Assembly: GCF_009914755.1 (NCBI RefSeq)
Contig: NC_060934.1
DNA from: the human T2T-CHM13v2.0 reference genome, Homo sapiens
Direction: 5' to 3' (one strand)
DNA: 64,000 nucleotides
Of this stretch, positions 14,494 to 28,265 are shown in pieces. The notes beneath the pieces are model-generated. The model had not been told where the DNA came from. It searched no databases and was given only the letters and a program-made list of their open reading frames with translations. Position numbers and translations under genes: made by a program. Within the stretch, counting starts at the first letter, position 1. Each line of letters opens with the position of its first letter.

Positions 14494-14944
14494 GAAAAAT
14501 ACTGCTGTAAAAATTCATGTACAAGTTTTTGTTTGGACATATGTTTTAATTTCCCTCAGGTAGATACCTAGGAGTGGAATTACTGGCTCATATGGTAACT
14601 GTATTTTACCATTTGAGAAACTGCCAGAGTTTTCCAAAGTGGCTCTGCTATTTTACATTCAATTTCTCAACATCTTTTCCTAACACTTATTATCTGATGT
14701 TTTGATTATAGCTGTACTAATGGTGTGAAGTGATATCTCATTGTGATTTTGATTTGCATTTCCCTGATGTCCAATAATGTTGAACTTCATTTCATGTATT
14801 GACCATTTGTATACCTTCCTTAGAGAAATGTCAATTCATATAACTTGCACGTTTTTCATTGGGTTATTTGTCCTTTTATTATAAGTTGTAAGAGTATATG
14901 TTCTCAATACAAGCTTCTTACCAGATATGTGATTTATGCATTTC

Positions 14945-15289
<345 letters not shown>

Positions 15290-16133
15290 TAGGTTATCTT
15301 TTCATTTCCTCTGTGGTAAGAAGCATAAAAGTTTTAAATTTTTAGGAAGTCCAATTTTTTTGTATTGTTTTGTTTGTTTCTCAAGTTTTTGGTATTATAT
15401 GTAAGAAACTTGCCAAATTCAAGCTCATTTACCTCTGTTTTCTTCTGAGAGTTTTATAGCTTTAGTTTTTAGTTATTTTATCGATTTTGAGTTTTTTTTG
15501 TATATGTTTTGAGGTTAAGGGTCCAACTTCATTCTTTTGCATGTGGCTATCCTGTTGTCTCAACACTATTTGTAGAATATACTGTTCTCTTTCTCATTGA
15601 ATTGCTCTGGAACTCTTGTCAAAAATCAATTGACCATCAGACACATAGGTTTATTTCAGGACTCTTAATTCTATTCCATTGATGTCTATTCTTACGCGAG
15701 TACCACATTGTCTAAATTATTGTTGCATTGTAGTAAGTTCTGAAATCAAGATGCATGAGCCTCCAACTTTGTTCCTGTTTTTCAAGATTGTTTTGGTTAT
15801 TCTGAGTCTCTTGCATTTCCATATGAATTTTAGGACCAGTCTGTCAATGTTTGCAAAAAAAAAAAAAAAAAAAAAAAGCCAGCTGGGATTTTGATAGCAA
15901 TTTTGTTGAATCTCTGTATACATTTGGGAAATATTAGTGTTTTAACAATATTTACTCTTATGATGCATGAACATTTTCATTTAGTTTTTAATTTTTTTCA
16001 TTTTATACTTGACAGAATACAAGTTGCTATCGTAAATAGAATTGTTTTCTTAATTTCATATTTGGGCTTTTGTTTCTTTATATCTTTTTTCTCTTTGTTC
16101 TTTAGATTGGGTACTTTGTATTGCTTTATCTTT

Positions 16134-16369
16134 TTTTTATTATTATACTTTAAGTTCTAGGGTACATGTGCACAACGTGCAGGTTTGTCACATATGTATA
16201 CATGTGCCGTGTTGGTTTGCTGCACGCATTAACTCGTCATTTACATTAAGTATTTCTCCTAATGCTATCCCTCCCCCATCCCCCCACCCCACGACAGGCC
16301 CCGGTGTGCGACGTTCCTCCCCGTGTCCAAGTGTTCTCATTGTTCAGTTCCCACCTATGAGTGAGAACA
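16134..16369 (-). mobile_element. L1PA (approx. L1PA4-6) 3'-end fragment with 16-bp TSD
   Basis: ttattatactttaagttctagggtacatgtgcacaacgtgcagg is the L1PA 3' end; perfect TSD gtattgctttatcttt at 16118-16133 and 16370-16385; TT/AAAG endonuclease site. Confidence 0.92.
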
Positions 16370-16489
16370 GTATTGCTTTATCTTTAAGTTCACTTGCATT
16401 TTGTCCTGTTATCTTCCATTAAGCTGTTAAGTCTATCCAGTGGTTTAAAATTTTTTTTTCAGATACTATATTTTTCAGTTTTAGAACTA

Positions 16490-16490
16490 T

Positions 16491-16525
<35 letters not shown>

Positions 16526-17030
16526 GAGACAGGATCTCACTCTGTTGCCCAGGCTGGAGTTCAGTGATATGATCGTAGCTCAGTGCACCCTTGAACTCCT
16601 GGGCTCAAGCAATCCTCCCATCTTGCTAGGACCACAGGCACGTGCCACCACGCCTGGCTAATTTTTTATTTTTTTTTCTGTAGAGATGGGGGTCTTGCTA
16701 TGTTACCCAGGCTGGTCCCAAATTCCTGGCCTCAAGCGATTCTCCCACCTTGGCCTCCCAAAGTGCTGGGATTACAGGTGTGAGCCACTATGCCTGCCCC
16801 AGAACTTCTTTTTTATTAAAAAAAAAAAAAAAGTTATATTGGCATATTTTGCACATTATTTAATTCACCTTTTTAAAGTGTACAATTCTATATATTTTTA
16901 AAATTTTTTGTCCAGATGGGATTTTGCCATGTTGCCCAGGCTGGTCTTGAACTCCTGGGCTGAAGCAATCCTCCTGCCTCGGCCTCCCAGACTGTTGGGA
17001 TTACAGATGTGAGCCACTGTACCCAGTCTG
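16490..17030 (-). repeat. AluJ with (TTTA)n tail (16490-16800) plus left-monomer Alu (16895-17030)
   Basis: antisense Alu sequence; tetranucleotide tail. Confidence 0.85.
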
Positions 17031-17146
17031 GTTCTTTTTTATAGTTTCTGATTCTCTACCAAGGTATCCTATCTTTCATTCATTGTGACAGTATCTTCTT
17101 TTACATTGAGCGTTGTTATATTAGTTGCTTACGAATCTTGCATTCT

Positions 17147-17445
<299 letters not shown>

Positions 17446-17937
17446 ACCCTAAATAAAACCTTTTAATTCTAACATCTGAGACATCTCAGAGTTGGTATCC
17501 ATTAATTATCTTTCTTTTAAAAATGGGTTACATTTTCTTTTCTTTGCTTTTAATTTTGTCAGTTATTCTGCACATTATGAACGTTATGCGGTGTAGACTA
17601 GATTCTGTTACATTCTTCCAAAGATTGTTTTGCTTGTTTTTGCTTGCTTGTTTTAGCAGACATTTACTTTGGTGGAACTCAAAATTTCAAACTCATTCTT
17701 CTTTGCTCTGGACAATAGCTCAAATCTCAATTTTAGCTTTTTAGATTTTAGCTTTTTAGATTTTAGCTTTAGCTGCATTGTCTGGAGTCTGCTCTGGGCA
17801 TGCATAGTTCATAGGTCAACCAGAGATTTGGGCTGAGTTTACAGAGAATTTTGGCCCTCTTCTCTCTGGCTCTCTTTCTTTTGGGGTTTTCCCTTTCTAA
17901 CTTCCTGGGATTGTAATGGCCCCTAACTCTCTTCTCA

Positions 17938-18262
<325 letters not shown>

Positions 18263-18949
18263 TTGTGGGGGGGGGGGGAAGAAGACTAGGTTTTTAATTC
18301 AGATTTTAGCTGCCACGCATTTCATGTACTGGCTCTATCTTCAGGCTAAAAGCTACAAAAAGGGGAAACTTTTGTTTTTTGTAGCTTTTCGCTTTTGTAG
18401 CTTTTAGCTTTTAGTGCTATTCCCATCTTTTTAAGTACTGACAATTCCCCTAAGTAAATGCCTTTTTTTTTTTTTCCTGGTGCCTTTAGGTAGTTTGTTT
18501 TTTCTGTTTTTGCCAGTTTGTTAGGTGCAGAGGGTTAGTCCAATAGGAACTAACTCAGCCATTATTAGAAGCAGATCGTTATTGTTTTTAAAATATCAAA
18601 TTTTTTTCAGTAAGGTATAACTGTCTTTTACAGCTTAGCTGTTTTAAGGGCAAATTTTTATTTTTAAATGCCCTTTGGTATGTTCTGTTTTGTCTGTTTT
18701 GCACCGAAGGATTGAGGGTTTTACTTGAGACATTTAAAAACCTGTCTACTTTTATTCTCTTTATTATTTGGGATATTAGGGCTGTATCAGCTCAGAATAC
18801 ATAAAGGCTACACTTGGAGTAAGCATTTGTTTGTTGAGCCCTTTTACTGTTGAACAAAATCTAGATGTTTTTTTAGCCCAGTGAGAGCTTTCGTAGGAGG
18901 TACAGGTGTAGCTATAAAATAAAATTGATTTGTTTCCATAGAGATGTAT

Positions 18950-19281
<332 letters not shown>

Positions 19282-19521
19282 TTAACAGTTGGGGAATGCG
19301 GGAATCTCAGTGAAAACTCCCAGAATGTTTTGTTAACTAGACCAGTATTTTCCAATGTGATAAGGTAACAGAGTTTATGAGATGATCATGAATGAATATG
19401 GTTGGTTTTATTGGCAGAAGGGATGCTTTGTGTATTTTTTTATTTTGATAGAGTTTGATGTGCACGTATTAGAAAACTTCTTAACTGATTTGGAGAAAAC
19501 GTATTTCTTTTCTGTTGAAAG

Positions 19522-19685
19522 GTGAAGTGGATCCTAAAGAGAGGATAGCACGCCAACGAAAATTATTACAGAAGAAACTTGGCCTTAATATGGGAGAAGC
19601 AATTGGAATGAGTACTGAAGAACTTTTCAATGATGAGGATTTGGATTATACCCCAACTTCAGCATCCTTTGTTAACAAACAACCT
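19522..19685 (+). CDS. BTAF1: BTAF1 exon 5 (164 nt; GEVDPKERIARQ...VNKQP)
   Basis: gaaag|GTGAAG ... CAACCT|gtaggt; this donor keeps the frame into exon 6. Confidence 0.94.
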
Positions 19686-20234
19686 GTAGGTAAAACGTTT
19701 GGTTATTTGATTGCAAGTAATAATACAAAGGGTTTGCTTCATTTTGTTTATGTAATTATAGTTTAAGAAAATGTTATACTTAGCTCTGTTCATTGCTGCT
19801 TAGTGCCACCATAATTTAGCATCTTTTTTTAACTGGATTTCTGATGACAGATTCTATAGAGTTAGAAGCTCAACCTACCTCCCAGACACTGGACTGTTAA
19901 GTTGTAGTAGACCTTTTAGGCACTACTGGTATTGAAAGATTCTAATTGCTGCAATTGCTCTTTTTTTGGTATGTTCTTTGATGTAGGGAAAAGTAATTTT
20001 TTGGGAGAGTGAGAGATAGTAAGGGCTATTATAGTCAGATATGATAGTAGAAGTGTTTAGTGTTATGATTTATTCTTTTTTTTTTAAGTGAGAAATAAGA
20101 CAACCGAGAAAGGGTATATAATATGAAGTAAAAGGAAGTTTTTTGCCAACAGGACACAGACATTTCCATGCCCCATAGACAACCATTTTCAAGTTACTTG
20201 TGCATCATTTCTGAAACTTGTGTGTACCAAGTGC

Positions 20235-20259
20235 ATGTGTTTGTGTGTGTGTATATATG

Positions 20260-20298
<39 letters not shown>

Positions 20299-20310
20299 GT
20301 ATTTATATAT
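20235..20310 (+). repeat. imperfect (TG)n microsatellite in intron 5
   Basis: direct observation. Confidence 0.9.
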
Positions 20311-21855
20311 TCCTTTTAAGCCATGTTTACCTTTTCTCACTTCATACAGCTTAATGTGTCAGTATATTCAGATTGACCGCATTCTTTTTGGACAGCTTCA
20401 TGCTGTTTTGTTTTGTGGCTGTACCATAATTTCACTCTTTTCTTCCTCTTCCTCTATTCCAGTTCCCAGTGGATACATTTGTGCTTCTTAACTTTTTTTA
20501 TGCCACAGACTCTTTTGAAGCTCTAGTAAAAGCTGTGGCTCTCTTCGGAAAAATGCACATGTGAGATATTACATCTCAAGCGGTTCAGTACTCTTTTACC
20601 TGACCCCCAGTATTCTTTTAGGGGTCCATGGGCTGCATTAACAATTCCTGCTTTGCAATTATGAATCTCCTGTCTTGTCATTCCCCTGGTCTTTTCCTTT
20701 GCTTCAGTGGAGAATGGTTCTATTTGCCTTTATACGAATGGCACTTTAAACCATTAGAATTTGTAAAGTGTATTTTTTAGGGTTGGGGGTGTGAGTGATG
20801 ATGAGTAACTTCTGCAGACAAGGGGGTAGAAAGGCAGATACTAGGAGAGAAAAAAGAGAGAGTATGAAGAGGCCAGAATACAGCAACACCCTGAAAGGAA
20901 CAGAAGGAAATGGGGTAGAAAGGAAAGTGTAAGATGTAACTAGAAGATAAAGAGGATAATAGAATAAAAATGCAATAATATGATCACAGTATGGGTAATT
21001 GAACATGGTGTAAGAAAATGAATGGGCAGGTGTATTAGAAAGTGGGCTATACAGATCAGATTAATTGGGTGCGGGATAGGCAACACTAATTTGGGGTTTG
21101 CAAAATCCAGATTTATATATCATGGACCTTTGGGGGAAGTTGCTTGAGGTTCATCGTTGCCATAGGTCATTACAGCTGCATTGCTTATATATGTGCCCAT
21201 GGTTCTTGATCAAGACTGCAGCAGAACATCCACACCAGTGACCTTAACTGTTTGTGGAAGTATAAATTTCAGTTGAATCTTTTGGTTAGGCACAGAAGGG
21301 ATTTTTAGGCTTGAGCTTAAAAATCTAACGCACAGACTTTATAGTGTCTTCTGTGAATGGAAAAGAGCAAAAAGAGTAGACAGTAAGTAGTTAAGAGGAA
21401 AGGGGCATATGAGCTAAGTTGGACTATAGCATGCTGGACCAATCACTTAAGGCTATAATTTATTTATTTATTTTTTTCAGCAGATGGTGATGATCAGTTT
21501 CTTCTATTGACATTTATTCTCATAACTTTTTGGTGATATTATTTTTATTTTGAAGTCTTACCTCTTCAAGGCCTTCTCTATGGGTTAGGATCATACATTT
21601 GTGCCTCATAATGTAGCATAAAAAAAGTTAAGAAGCATATGTGTATCTGTTGGGAGTTGGAATAACAGAGAAAAGGGAGGAAAAGACTGAAATTATGGTA
21701 CAGTCATACAACAAAAGAGTGTGAGCCTGTCAAAAAAGAATGTGATCGATGTATATATACTGAAATTTATAGACTTGGTCTTCTTCTGAGGCTGAGACTA
21801 TAGGTACTTATTTTAATTTCAAAAGTTCCAACTCAGCATTCTTTTATTCTTTTAG

Positions 21856-21992
21856 ACTCTTCAGGCAGCTGAATTGATTGACTCAGAGTTTCGAGCAGGA
21901 ATGAGCAATAGACAAAAGAACAAAGCTAAAAGAATGGCCAAGTTATTTGCAAAACAGAGATCCAGGGATGCAGTGGAAACTAATGAGAAGAG
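21856..21992 (+). CDS. BTAF1: BTAF1 exon 6 (137 nt; TLQAAELID...ETNEK)
   Basis: tttag|ACTCTT ... AAGAG|gtagta. Confidence 0.95.
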
Positions 21993-22562
21993 GTAGTAAT
22001 CTTTTTTTGCCTATTCACTTAAAACAAGAGGGCTCTGTGGCTTTAATCTGTGTCTGCTTGATTTATAGAAACATTCTGCTGACATATTTAGCTGGGGAGT
22101 ACTGTTTGGATTCTCTTACTCAATTGTCAGAGAGTATTCATTGTACTAGGAACTGAGACCACTTCCCCAGAAAAATCCACATGTACAGACTTTTTTCCTA
22201 CTAATTATCAGTTTTGAATGAGGGCTGAGGATCTCCAAAGGGGAGAGCATTCCAGGCAGAAGAAACAAGTTTAAATGCCTTAAACATGGAATAATCAAGA
22301 AACAAATAGAAGGGCAGTATGGCCTTCTATACTGGGATGAGTGCACAGGAGAGTGATAGAGAATGAAATCAGAGAGGTGTCTAAGGACCACAAGTTAAGA
22401 ATACTCCCTTAGTAAAGTGGGAGGTATTGTCACGATATTACCTCACCTGTGCCTTAAGCTGGGGCTATGCTAAATAGCCAATGATAATCTAGGCTAGTTT
22501 ATGTAGTCCTGTTGAAGAAAAGAACTGTGTGGGTAAAGTCACTGTCCTCTGTTTCTTCATAA

Positions 22563-22977
<415 letters not shown>

Positions 22978-23389
22978 AAAATGTATATTCTTGGGTCCCA
23001 CTCAGATCTGTTAAATAAGAATCTTTAGTGGTGCTCAGGAAATGTTTGCATAAATGCTGAATTAATAAAAAGCCTCGGAAAATAGGATTTGCAAATGACA
23101 GAACTTTTTGTTATATGTATTCACATAAAGCTAAAAAGTGTTTAGTGTTTAAAAGCTAGGCACAAAGGGGGATAAATAATAAACATATACTTGGTAGAAA
23201 TTTATACTTGAGGGTAAATCTTTAACTGCAAACTTTTTATTCAGCTTGTTAATGACAAGATTTTTTAAAAGTTAACAGCTCATTAAGATCATATAGTAAC
23301 CTAATAAGTTTTTCTACTGGTTTTTATTCATACAAGCACTTTTAGCCAAAGATTTGAATGTTGGAAATATTCGACTTTATTTTTCAGAG

Positions 23390-23940
23390 TTCATGAGTCA
23401 TTCACAAACATTTATTAAATACCTTCTATTTGCCAGGTATTGTTCTAGGCCCTGAGGACATGTGTGAATAAAATAGAGAAGAATTCCTGCCTTCGGAGGT
23501 TATAGTCTGGAGGGAAAGAAAGATGGGAAATAAATAAGTAAAATACAGTGTGTGTGTATATATGTGTGTATATATATAAAATACAGATAATGTTAAGCGT
23601 TAAGGAAAAGAAGATAAAACAGGGAAGGAACATGTGAAATATTTTTGGGGTATAGAGTTTGAAATTTTAGATAGGAAGGTCTAGGAGGGCTTCCTAGAGG
23701 TGACTTTTGAGTAACAATCTGAAAGAAATGAGAGTGCTAGTCCTGTGAATATCTAGGAAAAGTTTCAATAGTTTTAAATAGTTTAAGAAAATGTTATGCT
23801 TTCCAAATAGAGGGAATTACAAGGACAAATGCCTGCAAGGGGAAACATGCCTAACAAGTTCAGGGACTTAAGGTGACCTACTAATGTGGCTAGATGTGGA
23901 GATAATTAAGGGAAGAGTAATAGGAAATGAGAGGGAGGCT
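23390..23940 (-). mobile_element. L2 fragment
   Basis: cattcacaaacatttattaaatacc...gccaggtattgttctagg L2 3' signature. Confidence 0.65.
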
Positions 23941-24646
23941 CAGATTTCTTTTATCACCTTATAGAAAAAATGGTTGGCCAAATAAATTTCACTATTAAGA
24001 TGGAGAGAGGGGAGAAGTATTTATAGAAAATAATGCTGTATATGCTTTAAAATGTGCTAAGTTTTTCTTTTCTAAATGCTGAATGAAAGTAGTTTGACTT
24101 GTCCTCTCCTTTCCAGTATTAGGCTAGCCTCAAAATTTTTGGTCTTTAAGTCATAATAGAACATTTCCTCAAATTTTCTATATCCTTTTTTCATTGGTCA
24201 ATTGTTTATCTCCATATTTTTCAAGAACTGGTAAGATTATACTGTATTGCTCAGTATATTAGTTTTCTCTAGTATATAAAAGCCTAAAAACGTTAGTGTT
24301 ATGCTGGACCAGATGCAGGTTATATGCAGGTTATAAAAAAGATGATGAGCTGATTGTAGAGAGGAGGGAAAAATGGCCTATTAAATTCAAGATCCAATTT
24401 GAAAAAAAGAATTCACCAACCTATAGTGTAGTTAGAATATATTTTGCTCAAAAAATTTTAAGCAGTTAGTCGTTTGATACATGGGATTTTAAGTAAATCA
24501 TATAAGCAGAATATGGTGTAAAACATTTGTTTAAATGATGGATTATCTTAAATTCATTGTGATTCACATTATCTTTTATTCATTTCATTCATTGTGGTTC
24601 ACATTACGCTTTATTCATTTTCTAAATGGTGACTTTTATTTTTTAG

Positions 24647-24776
24647 CAATGATAGCACTGATGGGGAGCCAGAAGAAAAGAGACGGAAAATAGCAAATGT
24701 TGTTATTAATCAGTCTGCAAATGATTCCAAAGTCTTGATTGATAATATTCCAGACAGCTCTTCCTTAATTGAAGAG
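24647..24776 (+). CDS. BTAF1: BTAF1 exon 7 (130 nt; SNDSTDGEPEEKRRK...LIEE)
   Basis: tttag|CAATGAT ... GAAGAG|gtactc. Confidence 0.95.
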
Positions 24777-24807
24777 GTACTCTTGAAAGACTCTAAAGTA
24801 TCCATTA

Positions 24808-25150
<343 letters not shown>

Positions 25151-25343
25151 TCATTGAAAGTATTGAATAATCTATTGAGAGAAATTTTATCAGTAAAAAT
25201 ATATCTTAATTAGTTAAAAAAATTAAATTTTTAAAAGCCTGATTGCTACTACTAGACCTACAAATAAAATTTATTAAGTTACTTAAATTGTTAGCATAAA
25301 ATAGACCTTTTGAACTAGTAGTAATTCTGTTTTTCTTATTCAG

Positions 25344-25412
25344 ACAAATGAATGGCCTTTGGAAAGCTTTTGTGAAGAACTTTGCAATGACCTTTTTAAT
25401 CCCTCCTGGGAG
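25344..25412 (+). CDS. BTAF1: BTAF1 exon 8 (69 nt; TNEWPLESF...PSWE)
   Basis: ttcag|ACAAAT ... TGGGAG|gtaaga. Confidence 0.95.
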
Positions 25413-26174
25413 GTAAGATTTCTTCATTACAGTTTTTCTCAGCTCTATTTTCTGTGCTAATGAAGGGAACAATGTCAAGAGCAATATACTTTGTCAGAGT
25501 CCCTATTCTTCTCTGTTTGTCTCAGGACTCAGGGCACGTCATATCATTGATCTAAATAGAAAACTATAAATTGATTTTCACCTTTCATATCCTTCAGTCA
25601 TATTCTTTAGTGAATTGTTTATTTCTTTTCGTTCTTTAAATTATAATCCAAAGGCTTGCATATCTCTCCCAGGCAGTAAAAAAAATACTTCCTTTCCTTT
25701 GGAAGTGGACAATTTTGATTGATCAAGAGCAGTAGTTTCCAAGCCAGCTTTTTAGCCTCAGAAATCTTTAGAGAACATCTTGAACAGTTCCCAATGTGTA
25801 GAAGAGAAGAGTGAAGTTCCTCTGCTTGAAGTTGAGGATTGGTAGTTTCAAACCATTGTTTCTCCCTTCTGTTGGCCTCTGTGTAATTTAAAAAACATTT
25901 ATTTAGAATACCTTTTAGTTGCCTTTCCTTGGTGTAATTCTATTTAAAGTTACTCAAGTCATAACTCATGGGGTGTTAAGAAGTGGGCACAGTGTCAATA
26001 GCTTGTTCTTTTCCTTTCCTGATGACACTGCAGAAAGTAGCCTCACCTTCTCACAGAAAGGTGATTTATCCCCAGGGGTATAGTGATGCATTAATCATAA
26101 GACATTTTATTTGTATTGTCTTCTTTTGGCACTCACTTATCATTGGTAGCTTTGGAGCTTAGGTTTTTCACTTT

Positions 26175-26845
26175 TTGATTTTTTTGAGATGGAGTCTCAC
26201 TCTGTCTCCCAGGCTGAAGTGCAGTGGCACGATCTTGACTCTCTGCAACCTCCGCCACCCAGGTTCAGGCGATTCTCCTGGCTTAGCCTCCTGAGTAGCT
26301 GGGACTACAGGTGCGTGCCACCACACCCGGCTACTTTTAAAAATATTTTTATTAGAGATGGGGCTTCATCATTTTGGCCAGGCTGGTCTTGCTTGAACTC
26401 CTGAGCTCAAGTGATCTGCCCACCTGGGCCTTCCAAAGTGCTGGGATTACAAGTGTGAGCCACCTCGCCCAGCCTGGAGCTTAGTTTTGATGCACATATT
26501 TTGAAAATACATGTGTTGGGATTATAAAGAACACCTTGGGCTGGGCGTGGTGGCTCATGCCTGTAATCCTAGCACTTTGGGAGGCTGAGGCGGACAGATC
26601 GCTTCAGGTCAGGAGTTTGAGACCAGCCTGGCCAACATGGAGAAACCCTGTCTCTACTAAAAATAGAAAAACTAGCCGGGCGTGGTGGCGGGCGCCTGAA
26701 ATCCCAGCTACTTGGGGGGCTTGAGGCAGGAGAATCGCTTGAACCCGGGAGGCGGAGGTTGCGGTGAGCCAAGATTGCACCACTGCCCTCAAGCCTGGGC
26801 AACAGAGTGAGACTCCATCTCAAAAAACAAACAAACAAACAAAAA
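26175..26845. repeat. Inverted Alu pair: antisense 26175-26474, sense 26539-26845
   Basis: two full S-type Alus head-to-head, 64-nt spacer. Confidence 0.9.
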
Positions 26846-27183
26846 CACTATACGATACTTTCTTTCCTCTCTCTTGCTGTGGATAGTGCTGAATGAAGGT
26901 AGAGGATAAGGGAGTGAAAGCAATGTGGATTTATATCTCAAAAGGATTTTAGAATAGCTGTTTTCTTGCTTGATTTTTAAAAAATTCCATATAACCAAAA
27001 GCAGTCTGAAATGTATATGTGTAATTCTTCTTAGATAGTTGAAGAAAAATACATTCTTGTAAAGTTCCACTTAGTTTATTCTAATTTCTTAAAAATCCAG
27101 TATCCCTATTTCGTATAGAAGAAAAATCAAACTTTGTTTCTTAAACATTTAACATCTGACATTTGCTTCTTTGTTCTTTTCAG

Positions 27184-27273
27184 GTTCGACATGGTGCAGG
27201 CACTGGACTTAGGGAAATTCTTAAAGCTCATGGGAAAAGTGGTGGTAAAATGGGTGACAGCACTTTAGAAGAG
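27184..27273 (+). CDS. BTAF1: BTAF1 exon 9 (90 nt; VRHGAGTGLRE...TLEE)
   Basis: ttcag|GTTCGA ... GAAGAG|gtaagt. Confidence 0.96.
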
Positions 27274-27837
27274 GTAAGTGTATTAATGCAACAATTATCA
27301 CCAAGTATTAATAGTTGGCATCTTTTTCCAATGTAGGGAAGTAACGAGTATGTGCCGTGAAGTAGGAATGAGAGGTAAATAAGAGGAAGAGATATGAAAA
27401 GGTAAATATCATACAATGGATTGAAAAGTAGAGTAAGATGAATAAGAGGCTAGTTGAGAGGTCAGTGAGCAACATAATTGGTATTGCCTGGAGACACTGG
27501 TAATAGTATAAATAATAGATATATGACCGGTGTGCTTGATATGAGAACAACCTTAAGTAATTAGTTTCTTAATTTCTCTTGGAGTGCGAGTAACATAATA
27601 CAATCCATGAATTTTAAGAATTGTGATATAGTATATCTGAATTGAATTAATGATCAAAGGGGATATGAGATATGTTTAATATTAAAGACATTAATTGGGA
27701 CTATTCTACTTTTTGGTTGTTGTTCCTACAGCTAAAATCTGTCCCCATTTTTTATTTTTGATTTTGGACCTAAGGTGTCCCCCAAGTCCCCAGTACAAAG
27801 TATGATCTTTGTTTTTAAAAAAATTATGTTAAAAAAA

Positions 27838-27881
<44 letters not shown>
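27838..27881 (+). repeat. (TG)12(TA)10 microsatellite abutting the exon 10 acceptor
   Basis: direct count; ends 14 nt before the exon. Confidence 0.95.
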
Positions 27882-27882
<1 letters not shown>

Positions 27883-27895
27883 TATATTTTAACAG

Positions 27896-27991
27896 ATGAT
27901 TCAGCAGCATCAAGAGTGGTTGGAAGACTTGGTTATTAGACTCCTTTGTGTTTTTGCATTAGACAGATTTGGAGACTTTGTTTCTGATGAA
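27896..27991 (+). CDS. BTAF1: BTAF1 exon 10 (96 nt; MIQQHQEWLEDL...DRFGDFVSDE)
   Basis: aacag|ATGATT ... GATGAA|gtaagt; conserved LDRFGDFVSD motif. Confidence 0.96.
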
Positions 27992-28088
27992 GTAAGTATC
28001 ATTTAAGGGAGGCTTTGCCCAATCAAATTTCAAATTCTACAAAATACGTTTTTTGCAAATATGAGTTTTCTTCCTTTTTCGTCTGTAG

Positions 28089-28265
28089 GTTGTGGCACCA
28101 GTTCGTGAAACTTGTGCTCAAACATTAGGTGTGGTTTTAAAACACATGAACGAAACAGGAGTTCATAAGACTGTGGATGTGCTGCTAAAATTACTTACAC
28201 AAGAACAATGGGAAGTTAGACATGGTGGTCTGCTGGGAATAAAATATGCTTTGGCAGTCCGTCAG
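28089..28265 (+). CDS. BTAF1: BTAF1 exon 11 (177 nt; VVAPVRETCAQ...WEVRHGGLLG...AVRQ)
   Basis: tgtag|GTTGTG ... CGTCAG|gtaaat; follows a 97-nt intron. Confidence 0.97.

Noticed and set aside
25405-28230. Repeated WEVRHG peptide motif (exons 8/9 and 11) as a novel repeat
   Set aside because: Expected from the known HEAT-repeat architecture of Mot1/BTAF1
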